Shown here piece by piece: positions 1 through 8,475 of a stretch of 34,332 nt of DNA. A program made the position numbers and the translations under genes. The DNA is taken from contig JAFGSQ010000023.1 in NCBI GenBank assembly GCA_016934535.1, positions 1-34,332 of the forward strand, given 5' to 3'. A model generated the notes under the pieces. The model had not been told where the DNA came from. It ran no database searches and worked only from the letters and a program-made list of their open reading frames with translations. Every line of letters starts with the position of its first letter. The first letter of the stretch is position 1. The stretch is from a candidate division WOR-3 bacterium (GTDB taxonomy: Bacteria > SDB-A).

Positions 1-341
1 AGGGCGTAATATATGAAATATAAAAAGCAGAAGATTAAAAATTCTACCGTAATATTTTCTGAAGCAATCCTGAAAACCAAAGGGAAAAGGCGGTATTTCG
101 GATCGTACTCCGGAAGGAGCATTATTTGGATGACAAACAATATGAATGAAAATATCAGAAGTGAATATCTGAGATTGTTTTTGTCTTCGGGTCTACCCCA
201 GTATACCATGAGATGGTATATCGCCAGAGAAACATAAATTCCCAGCAAGATAAAACTGAAATATGCCGGGATTAACTCAGATGTATGGAGTGTTTTGGGA
301 GCAGAAAATGAATTATGAATAATGCAATATACAGATATCAA
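1..341 (-). CDS. Partial (runs off left edge) polytopic membrane protein, 7TM-DISM_7TM-like N-terminus
   Basis: Manual translation of the minus strand from TTG at 341 (GGA upstream) is open for 113 codons to the edge: ...YFSFILLGIYVSLAIYHLMVYWGRPEDKNNLRYSLLIFSFILFVIQIMLL... The G..LAxYHL..Y..R..K..L.YSL pattern resembles 7TM-DISM helices 1-2. Absent from the ORF track because the stop lies outside the window. Confidence 0.7.
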   Translation of the reverse strand, partial: MISVYCIIHNSFSAPKTLHTSELIPAYFSFILLGIYVSLAIYHLMVYWGRPEDKNNLRYSLLIFSFILFVIQIMLLPEYDPKYRLFPLVFRIASENITVEFLIFCFLYFIYYA

Positions 342-664
342 TTTCTATCCAGAAAAATTGTTAATAAGATATTTCGTACCACTCATTGGGTTAGACTTCA
401 ATGCTTATGATTTATAGGCAGTTTCAAATCATTAACTTTGATGATTTTTGATATGATTTTACCTGACAAACTCAAACACTGAAAAAGCTTTGAAAAAATT
501 TACTCGCCTTTCGCTAAGCCAGATCTTTCAATTGAAAAACAGCGAGATTTATAATCATTTAATTAAAACAATCATTCTAAGGAGGGGTTACAATTTGTTA
601 TTTTTCAAACTTCGTGAAGATGAATTGTTTACAATTTATCCTTCGTGTAGGGGTAAAGCAGATC

Positions 665-685
665 TTTAACACGCTTCGTGTTAAA
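665..685. terminator. Perfect 9-bp hairpin TTTAACACG-CTT-CGTGTTAAA, possible terminator or RNA structure
   Basis: Perfect inverted repeat about 100 nt downstream of the hcp stop and overlapping the stop of a candidate plus-strand small ORF; no strong U-tract. Confidence 0.35.
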
Positions 686-788
686 TATTCTTATGATTAG
701 TGCCAGGTCTTGTCGTGTGACCTGTTCTCTCATATCCCCTTCATTGAGATTTCAGACAGTTGTTCTGAGCAATTTCTATTACTTGAGG

Positions 789-2420
789 TTATTCCAATCC
801 GAAAATCTTCATATCCTCTTGGGCTGTCTTAATGGTCTGAACTCCGAACTTTTCCTGAACTGTCCTTAAAAGATTGGGCGTAAGCCAAGCGGGAAGGGTG
901 GGCCCTATATGGGTGTTTTTTATTCCCAAGTACAACAGAGCGAGATGGACGATAATCGCTTTTTGTTCATACCAGGCGATGTTGAAAACAACGGGAAGTT
1001 TGTTTATGTCGTCGAGTTTTAAAGCTTCTTTCAACTTCAACGCCACAAAAGCCCAGGAATAACTGTCGTTGCACTGTCCGGCGTCCAGGACCCGCGGGAT
1101 ACCGCCGATATTCCCCAGGTTTAATTTGTTGTAACGGTATTTTGCGCAACCTGATGTCAAAATAACAGTGTCTTGGGGCAGTTTTTGAGCAAATTCCGTG
1201 TAATACTCGCGTGATTTCTGTCTTGCGTCGCACCCTGACATGACGACCAATTTTTTTATCGTCCCTGAGTTTATCGCCTGGATTAATTTGTCGGCGAGAG
1301 CCATCACCTGATTGTGAGCGAACCCAATCGTTATTTCTCCGTTTTCAATTTCTGTTGGAGGGTGGCAGGTTTTTGCCTTTTCAATGATCTCGGTAAAATC
1401 CTTGTGTCCGTTGGGCAATTTTTTATCAATCCGTTTCCACTCGGGCATTCCTGTGGCGCCTGTGGTGAAAACTCTGTCGTTGTATGTCGTTGTTTTCCTC
1501 GGCGGGACCAGACAATTTGTTGTGAAAAGTATTGGGCCGTTGAATGTTTCGAATTCCTCTAATTGACGATGCCATGCGTTTCCATAGTTGCCTACCAGAT
1601 GTCTGTATTTCTTCAGTTTTGGATAAGCGTTGGCCGGAAGCATCTCGGAATGAGTATAGACGTCAATACCTTTTCCTTCGGTCTGTAAAAGCAATTGCTC
1701 TAAATCTTTCAAGTCGTGTCCGCTGACTAAAATTCCCGGATTTTTCCCGACGCCTATATTGACATTTGTGATTTCGGGATCTCCGAAGACGGTGGTGTTC
1801 GCCTTGTCCAACAAAGCCATTGCTCTTACGCCGTATTCGCCGGTTTTGACGAGCCAGTTGAGCGCGTTTTGCGTATCCGTTTGTTTTGTAATCATGACCA
1901 GACTCTGTTCTATGAAATCGTAGATTTCATTTTCTTCAAAGCCGAGGTGAAAGGCGTGTTCCGTGTAAGCAGCCATGCCTTTGATTCCGAACAAAACGTA
2001 TTGCTTGAGTCCTCTTATGTCTTCATCAGTGTCGTAGGTCAGAATCCCCACCTCTTTAGCCTTTTCGTAGAATTCGTTTTCAGATTCCGCTGTCCATGAA
2101 GCTGAATCGTGCGTGGCGGTCGGTTTGAAGCGGGATTTTAAATTTTCGCGATATTTCAAACTTTCCTTTATAGCAAAGACGATGGATTTATCGTCGAAAT
2201 TCGCGTTGGTAATTGTCATGAAAAGGCAATTGGCTATGTGTCTGCTTTCTAAGTTGGTGTCGATGCCGTTTTTTCTGGCTTCAAGCGTGACGTAGGAAAG
2301 TCCTAGACAGGCAAAAACGAGCAAATCCTGGAGGTTGGAAGTCTCTTCGGTCTTTCCGCAAACTCCTTTTACAGTGCAGCCTGTGTTTTTGGCAGTTTCC
2401 TGACATTGATTGCAAAACAT
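789..2420 (-). CDS. hcp: Hybrid cluster protein (hydroxylamine reductase), class I
   Basis: [23 protein letters not shown] gives Cx2Cx8Cx5C cubane ligands (class I spacing). Hybrid-cluster motifs SGHD, THSEM, TTNC, GCD, GCAKY, GQCND and WYEQKA are all present. AAGGAG RBS lies 7 nt before ATG 2420; 543 aa. Confidence 0.97.
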   Translation of the reverse strand: MFCNQCQETAKNTGCTVKGVCGKTEETSNLQDLLVFACLGLSYVTLEARKNGIDTNLESRHIANCLFMTITNANFDDKSIVFAIKESLKYRENLKSRFKPTATHDSASWTAESENEFYEKAKEVGILTYDTDEDIRGLKQYVLFGIKGMAAYTEHAFHLGFEENEIYDFIEQSLVMITKQTDTQNALNWLVKTGEYGVRAMALLDKANTTVFGDPEITNVNIGVGKNPGILVSGHDLKDLEQLLLQTEGKGIDVYTHSEMLPANAYPKLKKYRHLVGNYGNAWHRQLEEFETFNGPILFTTNCLVPPRKTTTYNDRVFTTGATGMPEWKRIDKKLPNGHKDFTEIIEKAKTCHPPTEIENGEITIGFAHNQVMALADKLIQAINSGTIKKLVVMSGCDARQKSREYYTEFAQKLPQDTVILTSGCAKYRYNKLNLGNIGGIPRVLDAGQCNDSYSWAFVALKLKEALKLDDINKLPVVFNIAWYEQKAIIVHLALLYLGIKNTHIGPTLPAWLTPNLLRTVQEKFGVQTIKTAQEDMKIFGLE

Positions 2421-2768
2421 ATCGCGCTCCTTTTTAGGTTCAAGAATTTGCTTGGATTGAAAACAGAATTTTGACCGGCAGACAAATTCGATGAGTTTTC
2501 GGAAAAAAGTTTTGCGGTCTAAAAGGAAAAAGGTCAGCAAAAAACCAGCTAAACCAGCAGAGGCTATACCGACAGGACAACCGGGCTTTCCACAGAAAGG
2601 ACATACCGAAAGTGATGAATAAATTGATGTAAATCCGAACCAGATTCCGAAAAATTTTACAATTTTACCGAATAATTGATAAATTATTACTGGTTTTTTG
2701 TAACTTTTCTCTTTGCTATTAAACTTATGCTTGGTCATGTTTCCAGCTTGAAGTTTAATATTTTCCAT
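2421..2768 (-). CDS. Small Cys-motif membrane module ([16 protein letters not shown]), in frame with hcp with no intervening stop
   Basis: 116 extra in-frame codons with two hydrophobic segments flanking CxxCx4C; possible starts at ATG 2768 or 2738. Confidence 0.65.
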
Positions 2769-2786
2769 TTGCCATGTAAAGAGTAA

Positions 2787-2824
2787 TTGACGGGATTACA
2801 TTTTTTTAAACATTATAATTATAA
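2787..2824. promoter_or_regulatory. Divergent promoter region: TTGACG-18-CATTAT on + and palindromic TTATAATTATAA giving TATAAT on both strands
   Basis: Sigma-70-like hexamers lie between the divergent hcp unit and the ORF at 2893. Confidence 0.35.
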
Positions 2825-2892
2825 GTTTTCAATATCTTGATGAAAGATATGCCCTGCGAATTTTAAAATTTACAAAATGAGAACTTATAAAA

Positions 2893-3183
2893 ATGGATAA
2901 AATACAGAATATTGAAACTCTTATATGCGAGACTGCAATTCTTCTTGAAAAGTTCGGAGAAACTAGCTGGGCGAGCGCTATCAGATCATTTGGAGATGAA
3001 ATTTTTGCTTTGAAAGGTGCAGAAAGAGGACAATCAATCAGAAAATTTTTGCGAATATTTTCTGGATCGGGTTCATTTTCGGATCTCGTTCTGACTATGA
3101 AAGGAAATACTCCGCTTGATATCAACGACCGTTTTTCTTATCTTAAGCGGGAAATACACAAATGCCTTTTAAAAATGCTTTAA
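2893..3183 (+). CDS. Small hypothetical protein, DUF6966-like
   Basis: 96 aa, helical, with W-A and FSGSGSFSDLVL resembling the GxGSxxDxV motif of DUF6966. Confidence 0.6.
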   Translation: MDKIQNIETLICETAILLEKFGETSWASAIRSFGDEIFALKGAERGQSIRKFLRIFSGSGSFSDLVLTMKGNTPLDINDRFSYLKREIHKCLLKML

Positions 3184-3313
3184 CCGGAGGTGTTTTTGAT
3201 ATAAATGGAAAGCTTAAAAGGTTCTTGGTTTGAAATTGAAAATCTATAAAATGTAAAAATCTTTGTTTTACGAAACTGATAAATCCTGTAAAATATAATT
3301 AAAAAATAGTAAT

Positions 3314-6300
3314 ATGTCTTTGAGAACCAAAACTCATCTGACGCTGACAATTTTTGCTTTGGCGTCTTTTTTATTCTTTTTTTTGCTTAACAACATATTC
3401 CCTCTTCTTTTTCTCGACTTGGTTTTTTGTCTTGTTTTTTTTTTGCTGACGAGTATCTTCATAGACCGTTATATTCTGCGGAAAATTTCAACTTTATCCA
3501 AATTCGCTGAAGACCTCACCGTTAAGCCAATTGAACAAAAGAGGCTGGATTGCAAGGGTAAAGACGAAATATCAAAACTTTGCCTAAATATAAATTTGAT
3601 GCTCGACTCCATTACAAGGTCGAGTAGAGAAGAGATTCTTAATTCCGAAATGGCAAACGCGGTAATAAGAAATTCACCCATAGGGATTTCCGTCAGAGAC
3701 AGCAGGGGAAAACTCCTTTTTTTCAACGAGAGATGGAAAAATTTGTGGAACATGAACGATATACAGATTGATGAAGATAGACAAGACAGGAAAGAATTGA
3801 AATTGGACTACAAGGACTCTTATTTGAGCGACTGGCTTACCGAGGTTGAAAATCTGTATAAAAACGGAGGATCTCTGTATATCCCTCAGCTTTTTGTCAA
3901 AAGGCCGAGAGGAGGCGACCCGATTTGGATATCCCACTATTTCTATTCTATCCTCGATGAAAAAGGGTACGTCGACAGAGTCGTCATAATGACTGAAGAT
4001 ATCACCGAGAAAAAAATCGAAGAAGACAAAAGAAAAGAAAAGGCAGTCAAGGCGAAAATATTTCAAGAAGTTTTGCTCGATCTGATAAGGATGACAAGCG
4101 AGGATTTATGGGAATACTACGCTCTTCTTCTCGAGAAAACAGCGAACGCTCTCAAGGTCTCACACTCGAGTATATGGTTTTACAACGAAGACCAGACCAT
4201 GCTTGTCTGCTTTATAATGTATGACAAAACCAGAGGAAGATTTGAAAAAGGATTTTCGATAAAGACTGAAGATTGCCCCCTTTATTTTAATTACATCGAG
4301 ATAAACCGGACACTCGCGGTCGAAGACGTTTATTCAGAAACATCAACCTCTGAATTAGCCGATGTATATTGCAAAAACATGAACATATACTCAATTCTCG
4401 ACGCGCCTATCAGATCTGAAGGCAGTGTAATAGGGGTCATCACATTTGAAAACGCAGGAGATTACGTCGAGTGGACGGATGAAGATGAAAATTTTGTCGG
4501 TTCTGTTTCTGATATAGCTTCTTTGGCTTATGAGAGCACTGAGAAGGAGAAGACGAAAAAACTTCTTGAAGAATCTGAAAACAAATACAGAAACATCGTC
4601 GATAATTCACTTGTAGGCGTTTTCATTATGGATACAAATGGAAATTTTATTTTTGCCAACGAAGCCATGCCTCAGATCTTGGACTGTGACTCTTCCGACG
4701 AACTTTTAAAGCATAATATTTCTTCCTTCTACGTCAAACCCGAAGGCGCATCAGCGTTTTTTGAAAATATTTATAGTGTGAAAAAACTCAAAAACTGGGA
4801 AATTGATTTAAGGACAAAAAAGAGTAAATTGAAAAGAACCCTTCTGAACGTCTATTTCGACGGAAAAGCGCTGACTGGAATGATGATGGATATATCCGCC
4901 ATCAAAGAGACCGAAGAAAACCTCAACTCCGAAAAAGAAAGGTTGGCTGTGACTCTGAAATCCATCGGCGACGGAGTTATCGTGACGGACATGAACGGTA
5001 AAGTAGTCCTTATGAACTCCGTGGCGGAAAAACTCACCGGGTGGAGAGAGGAAGATTCAGTTGGAAGAAATGTCGACGCAGTATTTTGCATAGTAGATAA
5101 AATGGGGGGGGAATCCATTGAAAATCCAGTGGACAGGGCTATAAAGTCAGGTGAAATAGCCAATTTAACAGAAGGCGCGGTCCTTATTTCCAAGGAAGGT
5201 CAAGAGAGAATACTCGCCGACAGCGCCGCTTTGATAAAGGACAAATCCGGAAAAATAATAGGAGTAGTGCTCGTTTTCAGGGATGTGACGGAAAAAATAA
5301 AAATCGAACAGGAACTGTCAAAAGTCGACAAACTCGAAACGGTAGGTATTCTCGCCGGAGGCATCGCTCACGATTTCAATAACATGTTGGCGGGAATATT
5401 GGCGAATATTTCGCTGGCGAAAATTGTTCCGGAAGAAAAAGCGAAAATTAAATTTCTTGAAAAAGCCGAAAAGGCAATAGACAGGGCAAGAGAACTCACT
5501 ACGCAGCTTCTCGTTTTCTCAAAAGGCGGAGCGCCGGTAAAAAACGTCGTTTCGTTGAAGAGTCTGATTGAAGAGACGGCGACTTTCGCTCTGACAGGTT
5601 CAAAATCCAAATGTATTTTTCAATTTCAGAACGACCTTTTCAATGTTGAAGCTGACCCTGGACAGCTTAGCCAAGTGATAAACAACCTAGTTATAAACGC
5701 CGATCACTCTATGGCTTCAGGTGGTAAAATCATAATTGAAGCGGTTAATTCAGAAGTCGATGATTTTTCGACTCTGCCATTGGAGAAAGGCGATTACGTC
5801 AAAATTTCTGTTAAAGACGAGGGCGTTGGAATATCCCCGGAAAATTTAAACAAGATATTCGATCCTTTCTATTCGACAAAGAAAAAAGGAAGCGGTCTCG
5901 GGCTTTCGATATGCCTTACCATTGCCAAAAATCACGGGGGGCATATCACCGTATATTCCGAACAAGACAAAGGCTCCGTCTTCAACTTGTACTTACCCGC
6001 GACGCATAGCGACGAGATGGTAAACGAGAAGACTAACAATATAGTATTCGGAAAAGGGGACATTCTCGTGATGGACGACGAGATAATGATAAGAGAAATC
6101 GCTAAAGATATGCTTTCTTATCTTGGCTACAAGTGTGATGTCGCTTCCAATGGAGATCAAGCTGTCAAACTGTACGATAAAAAAGTTAAAAATGGCGAAA
6201 GGTACGACGCTGTGATTCTTGATTTGACTGTTCCAGGCGAAAAAGGCGGAAAAGACACCATAAAACTGATAAAAAATATAGACGAAAAAGCTATCGGCAT

Positions 6301-6430
6301 AGTCTCAAGCGGTTATTCCGACGATCCTGTCCTGTCAAGGTTTTGGAATTATGGCTTTGACGGGAGAATACTTAAACCTTATAAATTAGAAGAACTCAGC
6401 GCCGTGTTGTCCGACCTTTTAAAAAAATAA
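3314..6430 (+). CDS. Hybrid sensor histidine kinase (TM-HAMP-PAS-GAF-PAS-PAS-HisKA-HATPase-REC)
   Basis: HAMP GKDEISKL..INLML; PAS/PAC ends EDIT, MDIS, RDVT; GAF SILDAPI..EG.VIGV; H-box GGIAHDFNN; G-boxes DEGVG and GSGLGL; receiver DDE / LDLTVP / KP. Confidence 0.95.
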   Translation: MSLRTKTHLTLTIFALASFLFFFLLNNIFPLLFLDLVFCLVFFLLTSIFIDRYILRKISTLSKFAEDLTVKPIEQKRLDCKGKDEISKLCLNINLMLDSITRSSREEILNSEMANAVIRNSPIGISVRDSRGKLLFFNERWKNLWNMNDIQIDEDRQDRKELKLDYKDSYLSDWLTEVENLYKNGGSLYIPQLFVKRPRGGDPIWISHYFYSILDEKGYVDRVVIMTEDITEKKIEEDKRKEKAVKAKIFQEVLLDLIRMTSEDLWEYYALLLEKTANALKVSHSSIWFYNEDQTMLVCFIMYDKTRGRFEKGFSIKTEDCPLYFNYIEINRTLAVEDVYSETSTSELADVYCKNMNIYSILDAPIRSEGSVIGVITFENAGDYVEWTDEDENFVGSVSDIASLAYESTEKEKTKKLLEESENKYRNIVDNSLVGVFIMDTNGNFIFANEAMPQILDCDSSDELLKHNISSFYVKPEGASAFFENIYSVKKLKNWEIDLRTKKSKLKRTLLNVYFDGKALTGMMMDISAIKETEENLNSEKERLAVTLKSIGDGVIVTDMNGKVVLMNSVAEKLTGWREEDSVGRNVDAVFCIVDKMGGESIENPVDRAIKSGEIANLTEGAVLISKEGQERILADSAALIKDKSGKIIGVVLVFRDVTEKIKIEQELSKVDKLETVGILAGGIAHDFNNMLAGILANISLAKIVPEEKAKIKFLEKAEKAIDRARELTTQLLVFSKGGAPVKNVVSLKSLIEETATFALTGSKSKCIFQFQNDLFNVEADPGQLSQVINNLVINADHSMASGGKIIIEAVNSEVDDFSTLPLEKGDYVKISVKDEGVGISPENLNKIFDPFYSTKKKGSGLGLSICLTIAKNHGGHITVYSEQDKGSVFNLYLPATHSDEMVNEKTNNIVFGKGDILVMDDEIMIREIAKDMLSYLGYKCDVASNGDQAVKLYDKKVKNGERYDAVILDLTVPGEKGGKDTIKLIKNIDEKAIGIVSSGYSDDPVLSRFWNYGFDGRILKPYKLEELSAVLSDLLKK

Positions 6431-6450
6431 AAAATACGATGGAGGCTTAC

Positions 6451-8472
6451 ATGTCCGACAAGAATTCCAAACAGAACTCAATTACCCATATTTTTGAAGA
6501 ATTGCCGTCCAGGAAAAATTTCAAAACCGGTATAAGAAGAGCCCCAAAAAGAAAGATGCCGCTACAAGGGCGGGAAATTGACAGAGCTTTGATCAACGCT
6601 TTGCGTTATATACCGGAAAAGCATCACGAAGAACTCGCCCATGAATTTCTTGAAGAACTTCTGACCATGGGCAGAATCTATGGATACAGGTTCAGACCCG
6701 AAGGAGAGATTAAAGCCCGAAGCGTCGATGAATACGAGGGGATACTCGAAGCGAGGGCTCTTCAGTTAAACATCGACAACAATTTGGATTTCGACGTAGC
6801 TCTATATCCATACGAGTTGGTCACTTATGGAGAGACGGGGCAGGTTTGTCAGAACTGGATGCAGTACAATCTGATAAAAAAGTACCTCAGCTTTATGAAA
6901 GACGACCAGACTCTCGTAGTTATGTCAGGTCACCCGCTGGGGCTGTTTCCTTCAAAAAAATCGCTTCCAAGAGTCGTTTCTACAAACGGTCTTCTAGTGG
7001 GCCAGTGGGACGATGTCGAAAATTTCAACAGGGCGGCGTCACTCGGAGTTTCAAACTATGGACAGATGACCGCGGGAGGCTGGATGTATATAGGCCCCCA
7101 AGGAATAGTTCACGGAACTTACATCACCCTTCTCAACGCCGGAAGGAAGTATCTGAATATCCCGGAGGATAAGGACCTGTCGGGAATCCTTTTTTTGTCT
7201 TCAGGGCTTGGAGGCATGAGCGGCGCTCAGGCAAAAGCTGTTGAGATTGCCGGGGGTATAGGTGTAATCGCTGAAGTAGATGAGTCGAGAATCCGGACCA
7301 GACATTCACAGGGTTGGGTTAAAATCGTCACCGGCGATCTTAAAAATGTTTTTTCTGAAGTAGAGAAACACAGAAAGTCTGAAAAACCTGTTTCTATAGC
7401 TTATCACGGTAACATCGTCGATCTACTTGAATACTGCGTAAAAGAAAATATTGAAGTAGAGCTTCTTTCCGACCAGACCTCCTGCCACGCTGTCTACGAA
7501 GGCGGTTATACGCCGGTTGGACTGACATTTTCTGAAGGCAGGCAACTTCTCTCAAATAATCCTTCTGTTTTCAGAGAAAAAGTGGACGAGTCGCTAAAAA
7601 GGCATTTTTCAGCCATTAAAAAACTGACGGACAGGGGTTCGCGGTTTTGGGATTACGGCAATAGTTTTATGGCTTCCGTCTTCGAAGCCGGGCAAAAGGA
7701 GATATCGAAAAACGAAAGGGATATGACGGATGGGTTTATATGGCCCTCCTATGTCGAAGACATAATGGGACCCGTTTGTTTTGACAGAGGTTTTGGCCCT
7801 TTCAGGTGGGTGTGCCTATCTGGGGAAAATTCCGACCTCGAAAAAACCGACAAGGCCGCCATGTCTTGCCTTGACCCAAAGCTCTCTTCTCTTCACAGGG
7901 ACAATTGGGTCTGGATAAGGGACGCCATGAAAAACAATCTTGTCGTAGGCAGCAGGGCGAGGATTCTCTACGCGGATGAAAAAGGCAGGATGGAGATTGC
8001 TCTTTTGTTTAATAAAATGATAAAAAACGGCGAGATAGGACCAGTGCTCCTCGGTAGAGATCACCACGATGTTTCAGGAACGGATTCTCCTTTAAGAGAG
8101 ACAGCGAATATTTACGACGGAAGCAGGTACACCGCCGAAATGTCGGTACAGTCTTTTGCGGGAAACGTAGCCAGAGGCATGACCCTTGCAGTGCTTTCAA
8201 ACGGAGGGGGAGTGGGCATAGGAAGGGCCAGCAACGGAGGTTTTGGACTTGTCCTCGACGGTTCGGTCGAAAAGGACGCTATAATCAGATCGGCTCTGAG
8301 TTGGGATGTGATCTGCGGTGTCGCGAGAAGGAGCTGGGCGATGAACGAGAACGCGGTGAAAACAGCTTCTCTGTGGAATGAAGAAAACGAGGGCAAGGGT
8401 GTTTTGACCCTTCCTCATCAGGCAAACGTAAGTTACATAGAAGGAATCGTCAAAAAGCAAACTGGAGGATAA
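6451..8472 (+). CDS. hutU: Urocanate hydratase, long (~670 aa) type
   Basis: YGQMTAGGWMYIGPQGIVHGT, GLGGMSGAQ, SDQTSCH, GRDHHDVSG and NGGGVGIG motifs. GGAGG at 6441 favours ATG 6451 over 6439. Confidence 0.96.
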   Translation: MSDKNSKQNSITHIFEELPSRKNFKTGIRRAPKRKMPLQGREIDRALINALRYIPEKHHEELAHEFLEELLTMGRIYGYRFRPEGEIKARSVDEYEGILEARALQLNIDNNLDFDVALYPYELVTYGETGQVCQNWMQYNLIKKYLSFMKDDQTLVVMSGHPLGLFPSKKSLPRVVSTNGLLVGQWDDVENFNRAASLGVSNYGQMTAGGWMYIGPQGIVHGTYITLLNAGRKYLNIPEDKDLSGILFLSSGLGGMSGAQAKAVEIAGGIGVIAEVDESRIRTRHSQGWVKIVTGDLKNVFSEVEKHRKSEKPVSIAYHGNIVDLLEYCVKENIEVELLSDQTSCHAVYEGGYTPVGLTFSEGRQLLSNNPSVFREKVDESLKRHFSAIKKLTDRGSRFWDYGNSFMASVFEAGQKEISKNERDMTDGFIWPSYVEDIMGPVCFDRGFGPFRWVCLSGENSDLEKTDKAAMSCLDPKLSSLHRDNWVWIRDAMKNNLVVGSRARILYADEKGRMEIALLFNKMIKNGEIGPVLLGRDHHDVSGTDSPLRETANIYDGSRYTAEMSVQSFAGNVARGMTLAVLSNGGGVGIGRASNGGFGLVLDGSVEKDAIIRSALSWDVICGVARRSWAMNENAVKTASLWNEENEGKGVLTLPHQANVSYIEGIVKKQTGG

Positions 8473-8475
8473 AAC

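Noticed and set aside
13..237. 74-aa plus-strand ORF in the track
   Set aside because: Antisense to a longer, more protein-like membrane ORF on the minus strand; no recognisable motif.
610..724. Degenerate CRISPR array or c-di-GMP riboswitch
   Set aside because: The repeat is only 7-8 nt, the period is too short, there are no cas genes, and the GEMM GGCAAA/GCAAAG core is absent.
2783..2800. GTAAT-N7-ATTAC as an HcpR/CRP-type site
   Set aside because: Half-sites and spacing do not fit TGTGA-N6-TCACA; too short to support.
2829..3125. 98-aa minus-strand ORF
   Set aside because: Antisense shadow of the DUF6966-like gene, and it runs into promoter-like sequence.
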